Below, one piece after another: positions 20,063 to 29,805 of a stretch of DNA of 50,900 bases (positions within the stretch are counted from its first letter, which is position 1; each line of letters starts with the position of its first letter). The notes beneath the pieces are model-generated. The model ran no database searches. It worked only from the letters and a program-made list of their open reading frames with translations, and had not been told where the DNA came from. The position numbers and the translations under genes were made by a program. Source of the stretch: Bacteroidales bacterium (lineage in GTDB: Bacteria > Bacteroidota > Bacteroidia > Bacteroidales > G3-4614); NCBI GenBank assembly GCA_017416695.1, contig JAFQBL010000147.1, forward strand, positions 1-50,900. Direction: 5' to 3'.

Positions 20063-20241
20063 AGTAATAATCCTTTGACCAGTATATGCCAATAGTTAAT
20101 AACTAAGGAAACTACCCCACATCATAGTTTTACACAGTTTTAAAATTTTGAATAAAAATTGGTTAATACTAATAAAAAAGTTATTATAATAGTTTTTTTT
20201 ATTAGTTTTGTCTTGTGAATAATTTTAAGAATTAAATAAAG

Positions 20242-22215
20242 ATGAATTTTTTAAAAACTTTTATTCTTTTGCTTCTCTTGTTTGTAACAATAAGAGTAGA
20301 AGCATACAATGAGATAAATCTGACATTTAACCGTTCAGGGTCATCACCTTCAACAGTTATTATAAATGTTACAGATGAAAATGGTGCTGCTATAAGTGGT
20401 GTTTCGGCTGAATTAACATCGAATACAGACTTTAAGCCATCTTCTAATGCAGTAACTTCATCAATATTGTGCCCTAATGTTAATGCAACTGCATCTCCAA
20501 CAATTGAATTGACATTTACATTGACAGGAGTAAAGAGCGATTTTGTATTCTCTACGGCAAGTTTTGATATTCACGCTCTTAATGGACAGAGTGGTTATCA
20601 AGAGAATAATGATGGTAGAACTCGTCAATGGACGGTTGAGTTATTACAAGGTGTTTCTTCATCACTTTCTTCTTTTGGTTCGCTTGAAAATATTGATATT
20701 GCAGACGGGGTTGGTAGTTCGGGTGCCGTACATAAATTTTGGGATATTGCAGGTACTCCACAAACAACGAATTCTCCTTTTACATTAAAAATGATAATAA
20801 CAGCAGGGGATGAAAATGTTGGTTGCTTTTTCGGCTTGTCTCAAATAAAATTATCTACTCCTCAGACTCCTTCTGTTGAAGTTCCTCAGCCTTTTATATC
20901 AAGTTCTGCTCTTGGAAGTGTTGAAGCATCATATTCAATAAAGAGTATCGGAGGTAAGTGGCTTACTATAAATTCTCGAAATTCTCTCACACTCTCTGAT
21001 AATTACGATTTGAATAATAATCAGCAATGGTATTTTGTGGGAACAGATAATGAAAATGGCTGGAAAATAGTTTTGGATGCAGAGCCTGACAGGATTATAG
21101 GTTTGTCAGGTACTTCAATAGTATTGAAAGAGGATTTACCTACTACTTGGAGATACAATGCAAGTGTAGAAAATCCTGGTTATTTTTACTTTACAAGTAA
21201 TGATGCTGTAGCAAAAACTCTTAAAGTAACGGGTGATAGTCTTTTCTGTTTTGATAAACTGCACCCAAAGTATGCACGGGAGATGCAGATATATGATAAT
21301 CCTTGCGGAGCAGTTGGTTCGGTTTTTGCAAAAGAGGTTTCTGCCTCAGGTCATTCTGTAATATCTTCTTTAATATATACATCTGACTCAAAACCTGCGA
21401 CATGGCATGTGATGTATAGTCTTGATAAAGCCGTTGTGTCAAAAGAAAACAGTTTTGATATAAATGTTGAACTATCTCAAAATACTTCTGCCAATATGGT
21501 TGCTTTTGTATATTTTGATTGGAATGCAGATGGACTATTTGAAACTTCGCAACAACTTTTGTTAAGTGCTAAAGAGTGTTCAGGGGAGGTATATGTCCCT
21601 GCCTGGGCAGTTGAGAAGGAGTCTCGAATGAGAATAAGATTGACAACGAATGATTTAATTTCTGCCGAAGATGAGGTAAATGGTTTTGTATATGACTTTG
21701 TTGTTTATCCTAAATCATATCAATCATATAGGAATATAACGCTATCTTCAAACTCATGGAAGAGAGGTACTACCTCTATTTCGCCAACTGGAGGAGTTTA
21801 TGAATATGGTACTGAGGTTACTATTACAGCATCGCCTTTTGGAACAAGTGCATTTTTGTTCTGGAAAGATGGGAATAATGTTGTATCTCTTGATGAAGAA
21901 TACACGTTTGATGTAGAGGAGAGTATGAATTTAGTGGCGTGTTTTTCTCCTAACACAGATAAAACTACTTGGCCTGTTGGAGTTGAGAATAGCAAAGTAG
22001 ATTGTAATTTGTCTGTCGTGCAACGTGGTAGTGTTCTTATGGCTACCTGCGACAAGGATGTACTTGCAATGTTTATCTATTCAATAAATGCTATAAAGGT
22101 TGCAGAATCTCAAAATTCAGTAATTGATGTATCTGCTCTTAATGATGGAATATATATTGTTCAAGTTGTAACCCCTGATGGTTATGAGACAACAAAAGTG
22201 ATGATTAAGAATTAA
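20242..22215 (+). CDS. T9SS-sorted secreted protein (657 aa) with a ricin/beta-trefoil-like lectin segment, a GEVED-like domain, one InlB-B-type repeat and a Por C-terminal sorting domain
   Basis: Signal peptide MNFLKTFILLLLLFVTIRVEA. QxW-like lectin segment (WLTINSRNSLTLSDNYDLNNNQQWYFVG). FDWNADGLFE. B-repeat (TITASPFGTSAFLFWKDGNNVVSLDEEYTFDVEESMNLVACF). CTD (IYSINAIKVAESQNSVIDVSALNDGIYIVQVVTPDGYETTKVMIKN). Confidence 0.8.
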   Translation: MNFLKTFILLLLLFVTIRVEAYNEINLTFNRSGSSPSTVIINVTDENGAAISGVSAELTSNTDFKPSSNAVTSSILCPNVNATASPTIELTFTLTGVKSDFVFSTASFDIHALNGQSGYQENNDGRTRQWTVELLQGVSSSLSSFGSLENIDIADGVGSSGAVHKFWDIAGTPQTTNSPFTLKMIITAGDENVGCFFGLSQIKLSTPQTPSVEVPQPFISSSALGSVEASYSIKSIGGKWLTINSRNSLTLSDNYDLNNNQQWYFVGTDNENGWKIVLDAEPDRIIGLSGTSIVLKEDLPTTWRYNASVENPGYFYFTSNDAVAKTLKVTGDSLFCFDKLHPKYAREMQIYDNPCGAVGSVFAKEVSASGHSVISSLIYTSDSKPATWHVMYSLDKAVVSKENSFDINVELSQNTSANMVAFVYFDWNADGLFETSQQLLLSAKECSGEVYVPAWAVEKESRMRIRLTTNDLISAEDEVNGFVYDFVVYPKSYQSYRNITLSSNSWKRGTTSISPTGGVYEYGTEVTITASPFGTSAFLFWKDGNNVVSLDEEYTFDVEESMNLVACFSPNTDKTTWPVGVENSKVDCNLSVVQRGSVLMATCDKDVLAMFIYSINAIKVAESQNSVIDVSALNDGIYIVQVVTPDGYETTKVMIKN

Positions 22216-22236
22216 ATCTAAAATTATATAAAGAGA

Positions 22237-23748
22237 ATGAATAATAAGTTATTGTTTTTAGGATGTGGTTTAGTTGCTTCGACTGTACCTGTAAAAGGAG
22301 AACAAAGACCAAATATTATTTATATAATGTGCGATGACTTAGGTTATGCCGATGTGGGTTGTTACGGGCAACAATATATAAGTACTCCTAATCTTGATCG
22401 TATGGCACAAGAGGGTATGCTTTTTACTCAGGCATATGCAGGGAGTCCAGTGAGTGCTCCTTCAAGAGCAACATTTATGACGGGACAACATACAGGTCAT
22501 ACACATGTGAGAGGAAATAAAGAGTACAGAATTGGTCCAAATATAACTTACGGAATTAATAATTCAGTTGACCCTACGCAAACAGGTCAGGAGCCATATG
22601 ATCCCAATCATATAATATTACCTGAAATTATGCAGCGTAATGGATATAATACTGGTATGTTTGGAAAATGGGCAGGAGGATATGAAGGCTCTGTTTCTAC
22701 CCCTGATCAACGAGGTATTGATGAATATTATGGATATATGTGTCAATTCCAAGCCCACCTATACTATCCCAATTTTCTTAATTCATACTCAAAAGAGGCT
22801 GGAGATACTGCTGTAAAAAGAGTAGTCTTGGAGAATAATATTAATCATGCAATGTATGGCGATGATTATAAAAATCGTAAAGATTATTCAGCTGATCTTA
22901 TTCATCAAAAGGCGATGGAGTGGATTGATAAACAAGATGTGTCTACTCCCTTTTTCGGAATATTTACATATACGCTTCCTCATGCAGAGTTAGCTCAACC
23001 CCAAGACTCTATTTTTGATGCATATGAGAATGCATTTTGTATTGAGAAAAGTTTCTCAGGAGATAATCCTTCGCGTTATAACCCTACCAATTGTGCTCAT
23101 CGTCAATTTGCTGCAATGGTAACACGTTTGGATACATATGTTGGTGAGGTATTGGCAAAACTTAAAGAGAAAGGTTTTGATAAGAACACACTTGTTATCT
23201 TTACAAGTGATAACGGACCTCATACTGAGGCTGGTGGTGATCCAGATTATTTTAATACCGAAAAACTTATGAGAGGAACAAAACGTTCTACTAATGAGGG
23301 TGGTATAAGGGTTCCTTTTATAGCGTGGTGGCCAGAGACAATAACTCCTGGTTCTGTAAGTAATCATAAACTTGCTTTTTATGATATGATGCCAACATTC
23401 TGTGAGGTTGCAGGTATTGAGGATTATGAGAATAAGTACAGAAATACAAATTTGGAAGTAGACTATTTTGATGGTATCTCGTTTGCTCCAACTCTTATAG
23501 GAGAGGGAGAACAAGAGGAGCATGAATTTTTATATTGGGAGTTTCACGAAACAAATATGATGGCATTGAGAATGGGTAACTGGAAACTGGTTGTTCAAAA
23601 TGGTATAAGTTATTTGTATGATTTGGCTAATGATTTGCATGAGGATAATAATCTGGCTTCGCAATATCCTGAGATAGTTGAAGAGATGGAGCAAATTATA
23701 AGAGAGGAGCATACAAATAGTTCGCTATTCCAGGTAACATTACCATAG
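22237..23748 (+). CDS. Sulfatase (arylsulfatase family), Ser-type formylglycine signature
   Basis: PNIIYIMCDDLGYADVGCYG metal-binding N-terminus. The signature S-A-P-S-R-ATFMTG has Ser73 (22453-22455) at the FGly position. It starts 21 nt downstream of the previous gene. Confidence 0.9.
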   Translation: MNNKLLFLGCGLVASTVPVKGEQRPNIIYIMCDDLGYADVGCYGQQYISTPNLDRMAQEGMLFTQAYAGSPVSAPSRATFMTGQHTGHTHVRGNKEYRIGPNITYGINNSVDPTQTGQEPYDPNHIILPEIMQRNGYNTGMFGKWAGGYEGSVSTPDQRGIDEYYGYMCQFQAHLYYPNFLNSYSKEAGDTAVKRVVLENNINHAMYGDDYKNRKDYSADLIHQKAMEWIDKQDVSTPFFGIFTYTLPHAELAQPQDSIFDAYENAFCIEKSFSGDNPSRYNPTNCAHRQFAAMVTRLDTYVGEVLAKLKEKGFDKNTLVIFTSDNGPHTEAGGDPDYFNTEKLMRGTKRSTNEGGIRVPFIAWWPETITPGSVSNHKLAFYDMMPTFCEVAGIEDYENKYRNTNLEVDYFDGISFAPTLIGEGEQEEHEFLYWEFHETNMMALRMGNWKLVVQNGISYLYDLANDLHEDNNLASQYPEIVEEMEQIIREEHTNSSLFQVTLP

Positions 23749-23792
23749 ATGATAATATAATGTAAGTAAGCGCTACAATTTGCTGAAGTGGG

Positions 23793-23820
23793 CCCTAAAG
23801 TTTGGATAAAAACTTTGGGG
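23793..23820 (+). terminator. Imperfect hairpin after the sulfatase gene (possible terminator, no clear T-run)
   Basis: CCCTAAAGTT / AACTTTGGGG with one mismatch. Confidence 0.3.
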
Positions 23821-24000
23821 TTCATTCATATTATAATCGTATATCTATTCTTTAATAAAGAACTTATTGACCTAATATTTATAACTTAAATATTCTAATA
23901 AATAAAAGAAATATAGTAAATAATTCAGAAAAATTTACTATTTTAGCAAAATGTATATTATAGGGTTTCTGTTTTAAACATTATACAATTATCAATATCT

Positions 24001-24021
24001 CCCCTCTCTACGGGAGAGGGG
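24001..24021. repeat. GC-rich hairpin CCCCTCTC-TACGG-GAGAGGGG (REP-like) 26 nt upstream of the amidase start
   Basis: Perfect 8-bp stem read directly, embedded in otherwise AT-rich spacer. Confidence 0.5.
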
Positions 24022-24046
24022 CAGGGGTGAGGAGGTTTATTGATTT

Positions 24047-24808
24047 ATGAAAATAACGCTATTGCAAACTGATATTAAGTGGTGTAGCCCAAAGGAGAAC
24101 TTGGCTCGTGCTGAAGAACTTATTCTTGGGGCTGAGAAGAGCGACATATATATTCTACCCGAAATGTTTACAACTGGTTTCTGTATGAATCCGTTTGAGA
24201 TTACCGAGCCTGTTGGCGGTGTTGCCTATGAGTGGATGATGCAGATGGCTAAACGTATGGATGCTGCCATAGTGGGTAGTGTTGCTGTTGAGGATGGGGG
24301 TAGATTTTATAATAGGATGTACTTCTGCAAGCCTGATGGTGATGTTGAGGTGTATGATAAACATCATCTCTTTTCGTTTAGCGGTGAGGATAAGGTATAT
24401 ACTGCTGGTGTGGAGCGTAAGGTGGTGGAGTTTAGAGGTGTGAAAATTCTCCTTCTTGTATGTTACGATTTGCGTTTCCCTGTGTTTATCCGTAACAGAA
24501 ATGATTATGAGTTGATTATATGTGTGGCAAATTGGCCTCGTGTACGTCGTTACCCATGGTGTACGCTTGCAAAGGCTCGTGCCATTGAGAACTTGTGTTA
24601 TGTTGCTGCTGTTAATCGTGGCGGTACTGACGAGTGGGGCGACTACTCTGGTGATACTATGCTTATTGACCCTTACGGACAACCCGTTGCTGAGTGCAAA
24701 GAGGGAGTGGAGGATGTTGTTACTGCATCTATTGATTTAGATCTTATTAATAACTTTAGAAATAAATTTCCAGCACTTAATGATGCTGATGACTTTATAT
24801 TAAAATGA
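24047..24808 (+). CDS. C-N hydrolase (nitrilase superfamily), YafV-like omega-amidase (2-oxoglutaramate amidase)
   Basis: MKITLLQTDIKW..., Glu motif ILPEMFTTGF, Lys motif YDKHHLFSF, Cys motif ILLLVCYDLRFPV, and ANWP..R...W..L..ARAIEN. These are collinear with my recollection of E. coli YafV. The stop overlaps the iorA start (ATGA). Confidence 0.8.
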   Translation: MKITLLQTDIKWCSPKENLARAEELILGAEKSDIYILPEMFTTGFCMNPFEITEPVGGVAYEWMMQMAKRMDAAIVGSVAVEDGGRFYNRMYFCKPDGDVEVYDKHHLFSFSGEDKVYTAGVERKVVEFRGVKILLLVCYDLRFPVFIRNRNDYELIICVANWPRVRRYPWCTLAKARAIENLCYVAAVNRGGTDEWGDYSGDTMLIDPYGQPVAECKEGVEDVVTASIDLDLINNFRNKFPALNDADDFILK

Positions 24809-26424
24809 GTTTAGATACAAAAAAAATGATGTTGCTTGGCGACCAGGCTATTGCTCTTGGTGCAATCAACGCTGGACTATCGGGGGTGTATGCTTATCCT
24901 GGTACTCCCTCAACTGAGATAACTGAGTTTATTCAAACTAATAAACTTGCTAACGAGAGAGGAATACACTCTCGTTGGTGTACTAATGAGAAGACTGCTA
25001 TGGAGGCGGCATTGGGTATGTCGTACGCTGGAAAACGTGCTTTGGTTTGTATGAAACATGTTGGTATGAACGTTGCTGCCGATCCATTTGTTAACTCTGC
25101 TATTACTGGTGTTAATGGTGGTGTGGTGGTGTTGGTTGCCGATGATCCATCGATGCACTCCTCTCAAAACGAACAAGATACCCGCAACTATGGACGCTTT
25201 GCTTTGGTGCCTATGTTGGAGCCTTCTTCGCAACAAGAGGCTTACGATATGATGGCTTATGCGTTTGACTATTCTGAAAAGATGTCGGCTCCTGTGCTGA
25301 TGCGTGTTGTAACCCGTATGGCTCACTCTCGTGCAGTAGTAGAGGTTGGTGCGGTTGCTGAACAAAACTCTATTTCAATGCCTAAAAATCCTGTTGATTG
25401 GGTGTTGTTGCCTGTTAATGCTCGTCGCCGTTATGCTCAAGTGGTGGCTCAACAGGAGGAGTACAGCCTTGCTTCTGAGGAGAGTAAATATAATAGGTTG
25501 ATTATAAATAAGAAAGGGGCAAAAGGTATTGTTGCATGCGGTATTGCCTATAACTATGTTATGGAGAATGTTGCTGAGGCTGAGGAGATGAATATCCTTA
25601 AAATATCGCAATATCCTATACCTACTGCTCTTTTGAAGGAGTTGGCCGATAACTCTTCGGAGATCTTAATTGCTGAAGACGGACAGCCTTTTGTTGAAGA
25701 GTTGGTGCGTGGTGTGTTGCCAAATGAGAAGTTGATTGTTAAAGGTCGTCTTACTGGTGAGTTGCCACGAACAGGAGAACTTACTCCTGATAATGTTCGT
25801 GTTGCAATGGGATTGCCTGCTCACGAGACATTTGATAAATCGGAGGCTGTTGTTGCCCGCCCCCCTGCATTGTGTCAAGGTTGCGGTCACCGCGATGTTT
25901 ATGCAACTTTAAAACGTGTTATTGCTGAGTATCCGCAAGGTAAAGTGTTCAGCGATATTGGTTGCTATACTTTGGGTGCGTTGCCTCCATTCAAGGCTAT
26001 TGATAGTTGCGTTGATATGGGTGCTTCAATAACTATGGCTAAGGGTGCTGCCGATGCTGGATTGTTCCCTGCCGTTGCCGTAATAGGAGACTCTACATTT
26101 ACCCACTCTGGAATGACAGGGCTTTTGGATGCTGTTAATGCAAAATCGCCTATTACTGTGATTATATCAGATAACCTTACTACCGCTATGACAGGTGGTC
26201 AGGACTCGGCAGGTACTAACCGCCTGCAAGCAATTTGTCAAGGTATTGGTGTTGAGCCTGAACATATTCGTTGCGTAGTGCCTATTCCTAAAAATCACGA
26301 TGAGATTGTAAATATAATTAGAGAAGAGATTGAGTATAAAGGTGTGTCGGTGATTATTCCTTGCAGAGAGTGTATTCAAACTCTAAACCGTCGTCTTAAA
26401 AAACAAAAAGCAGAGAAGAGATGA
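24805..26424 (+). CDS. iorA: Indolepyruvate (arylpyruvate):ferredoxin oxidoreductase, alpha subunit
   Basis: 539 aa with AYPGTPSTEI, a CxxC motif (PPALCQGCGHRD) and TPP-binding GDSTFTHSG. Translationally coupled to iorB. Confidence 0.88.
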   Translation: MSLDTKKMMLLGDQAIALGAINAGLSGVYAYPGTPSTEITEFIQTNKLANERGIHSRWCTNEKTAMEAALGMSYAGKRALVCMKHVGMNVAADPFVNSAITGVNGGVVVLVADDPSMHSSQNEQDTRNYGRFALVPMLEPSSQQEAYDMMAYAFDYSEKMSAPVLMRVVTRMAHSRAVVEVGAVAEQNSISMPKNPVDWVLLPVNARRRYAQVVAQQEEYSLASEESKYNRLIINKKGAKGIVACGIAYNYVMENVAEAEEMNILKISQYPIPTALLKELADNSSEILIAEDGQPFVEELVRGVLPNEKLIVKGRLTGELPRTGELTPDNVRVAMGLPAHETFDKSEAVVARPPALCQGCGHRDVYATLKRVIAEYPQGKVFSDIGCYTLGALPPFKAIDSCVDMGASITMAKGAADAGLFPAVAVIGDSTFTHSGMTGLLDAVNAKSPITVIISDNLTTAMTGGQDSAGTNRLQAICQGIGVEPEHIRCVVPIPKNHDEIVNIIREEIEYKGVSVIIPCRECIQTLNRRLKKQKAEKR

Positions 26425-27002
26425 AAACAGATATAATTCTTTCGGGTGTTGGCGGACAAGGAATTTTGTCGATTGCCACAGTTATTGGCGATGCTGCCCT
26501 TAACGAAGGTTTGCATTTGAAACAGGCAGAGGTTCACGGAATGAGTCAACGCGGTGGTGATGTTCAATCGAATTTGAGAATATCATCTGAGCCTATTCAC
26601 TCTGACCTTATTCCTTTGGGCTCGGCTAACGTTATAATTTCGTTGGAGCCTATGGAGGCTTTGCGTTATATGCCGTATCTTGCTCCTGATGGTTGGGTTA
26701 TAACTTCATCAAAACCTTTTATAAATATACCTAACTATCCCGAACAGGAACTTTTAGAGAAAGAGTTGGCAAAGATTAAAAATATTGTATTGATTGATAC
26801 TGCTCAAATTGCGGCAGATAATAATATTGCTCGTTCTGAAAATATGGTGTTGTTGGGCGGTGCTGTTGATGCAATTGGTTTGCCAATGGAGATGATTTTG
26901 GATAGTGTTAAACGTATATTTGCTTCAAAAGGTGATACTGTTATTGAGCAAAACCTTAAAGCGGTTATGTTAGGGTATGAGGCAAAAGGTAGTAGTCTTT
27001 AG
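26421..27002 (+). CDS. iorB: Indolepyruvate:ferredoxin oxidoreductase, beta subunit
   Basis: 193 aa with the GVGGQGILS motif of the 2-oxoacid oxidoreductase gamma-type domain. ATGA overlap with iorA. Confidence 0.88.
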   Translation: MKTDIILSGVGGQGILSIATVIGDAALNEGLHLKQAEVHGMSQRGGDVQSNLRISSEPIHSDLIPLGSANVIISLEPMEALRYMPYLAPDGWVITSSKPFINIPNYPEQELLEKELAKIKNIVLIDTAQIAADNNIARSENMVLLGGAVDAIGLPMEMILDSVKRIFASKGDTVIEQNLKAVMLGYEAKGSSL

Positions 27003-27025
27003 CCTAATTAGTAAGAATGTAAATA

Positions 27026-28345
27026 ATGAATAATAGAATATTTTCAGAGGAACTTGTAAATGAGGTTGCCGAAGAGTTGCTTATTGCTGACCTCCAACGT
27101 GCCACTATTGGCGAGGTGTTGCTGTTGTCGAGCGAGTTGGAACGACGTACAGGCATTCCCTTTATTCGTATGGATCAAGGCTCTCCAGGATTACCCTCTT
27201 GCGTGATTGGACGTGAGGCAGAGAAGGAGGCTCTTGATCGTGATGTTGCTTCGCAATATCCTGCTGCAGCAGGTGTGCCTGAACTTAAAAAAGAGGCATC
27301 GCGTTTTGTTAAGGCATTTATAGATATTGATATTCCTGCCGAGTGTTGTATTCCTACTGTGGGTTCGGTTGCCGCTTCGTATGGCTCGTTTATTGCAGTT
27401 ACACAGGCTAACCCCAAAAAGAATAAAGTTCTTTTTATTGATCCTGGTTTTCCTATACAACGTTCGCAACTTAAGATAATTGGAACTGACTATCTCCAGT
27501 TTGATATTTATTCATATCGCGGTGAGGCTTTGAGAGCAAAGATTGAGAGTTTTTTTGAGCGTGGTGATATTGCTGCTATAATATACTCAAACCCTAATAA
27601 TCCTGCTTGGATTTGTTTAGAGGAGAGCGAACTTAAAATAATTGGTGAACTTGCCGATAAATATGGTGTAATTGTTTTGGAGGATTTGGCATATTTCTGT
27701 ATGGACTTCCGCCAATATCTTGGAAAACCATTTACTCCCCCATTTGTACCTACTGTTGGTCGCTATTGCAGTAACTATATAATTATGCTTTCGTCATCAA
27801 AAATATTCTCATACGCTGGACAACGTATGGCGGTGGCTTGTATTTCGCCTAACCTCTGGAATAGTTGTTTTGATGGATTGGCATCGCGTTATGGGGGCAA
27901 AGGTCATTTTGGCTCTACATTCACAGCCTCTATTATGTATATGATAACTTCGGGTGTTACTCACTCAACTCAATATGGGTATGCTGCAATGCTTAAAACG
28001 GCAACAGATGGTGAGTTGGATTTTGTTGCCGAAACCGAAGAGTATGCACGTAGAGCAGCACGAATGAAAAAGATTTTTACCGATAACGGATTTTATATTG
28101 TTTATGACCACGATGTTACTCGCGAGGTGGGAGATGGTTTCTTCTTTACAATAGGTTATCCAGGCATTAAGAGCGGTGAACTCCTAAAAGAGTTACTCTA
28201 TTATGGAGTAAGTTCAATCTCTCTTTCTACAACAGGTAGCGAGGAGGAGGGCGTTAGAGCCTGCACATCAAGAATGAGAGAGGAACTCTACCCCGTATTG
28301 GAGGAGCGTATGCGTAACTTTAAAATGGATCACCCTATTGTTTGA
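27026..28345 (+). CDS. PLP-dependent aminotransferase (class I/II fold)
   Basis: 439 aa with NPNNPAW and the PLP-lysine motif LSSSKIFSYAGQRMA. Substrate is not assignable from sequence alone. Confidence 0.8.
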   Translation: MNNRIFSEELVNEVAEELLIADLQRATIGEVLLLSSELERRTGIPFIRMDQGSPGLPSCVIGREAEKEALDRDVASQYPAAAGVPELKKEASRFVKAFIDIDIPAECCIPTVGSVAASYGSFIAVTQANPKKNKVLFIDPGFPIQRSQLKIIGTDYLQFDIYSYRGEALRAKIESFFERGDIAAIIYSNPNNPAWICLEESELKIIGELADKYGVIVLEDLAYFCMDFRQYLGKPFTPPFVPTVGRYCSNYIIMLSSSKIFSYAGQRMAVACISPNLWNSCFDGLASRYGGKGHFGSTFTASIMYMITSGVTHSTQYGYAAMLKTATDGELDFVAETEEYARRAARMKKIFTDNGFYIVYDHDVTREVGDGFFFTIGYPGIKSGELLKELLYYGVSSISLSTTGSEEEGVRACTSRMREELYPVLEERMRNFKMDHPIV

Positions 28346-28378
28346 GTTGTTAGTTCTCAACTGCATTGCCCCGTTGGG

Positions 28379-28446
28379 TAGTTGTTAGAAATAAATAGGA
28401 TAAATAGAATAAAAAGAGTTGTGGTTTTTGATTTGTCTAACAACTA
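28379..28446. repeat. 11-bp perfect inverted repeat TAGTTGTTAGA (28379-28389) / TCTAACAACTA (28436-28446) in the aminotransferase-paaK spacer
   Basis: Read directly. It is followed by the tandem ACAACTAAAAAC (28440-28451 and 28454-28465). Confidence 0.8.
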
Positions 28447-28472
28447 AAAACAGACAACTAAAAACTAAAATT

Positions 28473-29774
28473 ATGATTTGGAATAAAAACAAAGAGTGTA
28501 TGTCGCGTGAGGAGATGCGACAACTTCAAGGTGCAAGATTAAGAAAATTAGTTGATAATGTATATCACAATGTGCCTTTCTATCGCGAAAAGATGCAGGC
28601 TATGAATATTATGCCTGATGATATTAAGACTATTGATGATATTAAAAAATTACCCTTTACTACAAAACAAGACCTTCGCGATAACTATCCGTTTGGATTG
28701 AATGCTGTTCCTCAATCGGAAATTGTGAGAGTTCACGCTTCATCGGGTACTACAGGACGTCCAACTGTTGTGGGTTATACTCGCAGAGACCTTGCCGTTT
28801 GGTCAGAGGCTATTGCCCGTTGTTTGGCCGCTTTTGGTGCATCACGCCAAGATACTATCTCGGTGGCATATGGCTACGGATTGTTTACAGGTGGTTTGGG
28901 ATTGCATTACGGCGTTGAACATTTGGGTGCTTCGGTTGTTCCTACATCAAGCGGTAACACCGACAAACATATACTTTTAATTAAAGACTTGGGTATTACA
29001 GGTGTGGCTTGTACTCCTTCGTATGCTTTGCATATGGCTGAGGTTATGCGTAAAAAAGGTATTACCCCCGAAGATATTAAACTTCGTATTGGTATATTCG
29101 GTGGAGAGCCCTGGACTGAGAATATGCGTAAGAGCCTTGAGGAGAAGTTGCAAATCAACGCCTATAATATTTATGGATTGAGCGAGATTATGGGTCCTGG
29201 TGTGTCGCATGAGTGCGAATGTAAGTGTGGTTCGCATATCATAGAAGACCACTTCTTCCCCGAAATAATAAACCCCGAAACCTGCGAGGTATTACCCGAA
29301 GGTGAACAAGGTGAGTTGGTATTTACTACTCTTACTAAAGAGGGTATGCCTCTGTTGCGTTACAGAACTAAAGATCTTTGTTCTTTAATTTATGAGCCTT
29401 GCGAGTGTGGACGTACAAGTGTGAGAATGACTCGTATTATGGGACGTAGCGATGATATGTTGATTATTCGTGGTATTAATGTATTCCCATCGCAAATTGA
29501 GAGTGTTATCCTTCAATTACCTGAGTTTGAACCTCAATACTTGCTTGTTGTTACTCGTGAGAATAATCGCGATAACCTTGAGGTGCAAGTTGAACTTAAA
29601 GAGGAGTACTACTCTGATGAGATTAACAAAACAATTGAGATGCGTGATCGCCTTGCTCGTCGCCTGCAAAGTGTGTTGAGTATATCGGCTGATGTTAAGA
29701 TTGTTTCGCCAAACACTCTTGAACGTAGTGTTGGTAAATCAAAGAGAGTAATTGATAATCGTGTTCTTGAATAA
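28473..29774 (+). CDS. paaK: Phenylacetate-CoA ligase family (aryl-acetate:CoA ligase)
   Basis: MIWNKNKECMSREEMRQLQGARLRKLV..., AMP-binding motif SSGTTGRPTVV, and PaaK-like length. The tracked start at 28419 reads through the spacer repeats and is rejected. Confidence 0.88.
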   Translation: MIWNKNKECMSREEMRQLQGARLRKLVDNVYHNVPFYREKMQAMNIMPDDIKTIDDIKKLPFTTKQDLRDNYPFGLNAVPQSEIVRVHASSGTTGRPTVVGYTRRDLAVWSEAIARCLAAFGASRQDTISVAYGYGLFTGGLGLHYGVEHLGASVVPTSSGNTDKHILLIKDLGITGVACTPSYALHMAEVMRKKGITPEDIKLRIGIFGGEPWTENMRKSLEEKLQINAYNIYGLSEIMGPGVSHECECKCGSHIIEDHFFPEIINPETCEVLPEGEQGELVFTTLTKEGMPLLRYRTKDLCSLIYEPCECGRTSVRMTRIMGRSDDMLIIRGINVFPSQIESVILQLPEFEPQYLLVVTRENNRDNLEVQVELKEEYYSDEINKTIEMRDRLARRLQSVLSISADVKIVSPNTLERSVGKSKRVIDNRVLE

Positions 29775-29805
29775 AATTATAAACCACATCTAAAATATTA
29801 AAGTT

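Noticed and set aside
20168-20206. 12-bp inverted repeat ACTAATAAAAAA / TTTTTTATTAGT about 35 nt upstream of the 657-aa gene
   Set aside because: It is almost pure A/T low-complexity sequence, so chance complementarity is likely. It is noted but not called as a feature.
24001-24021. GC-rich hairpin upstream of the amidase gene, considered as a terminator or riboswitch
   Set aside because: It has no T-run and is too short for any riboswitch class I know. It is recorded only as a REP-like hairpin feature.
28419-28472. Tracked upstream start of paaK (MWFLICLTTKNRQLKTKI...)
   Set aside because: It uses a non-ATG start and translates the spacer repeat elements. The PaaK-family N-terminus begins at MIWNKNKECMSREEMRQLQG (ATG 28473).
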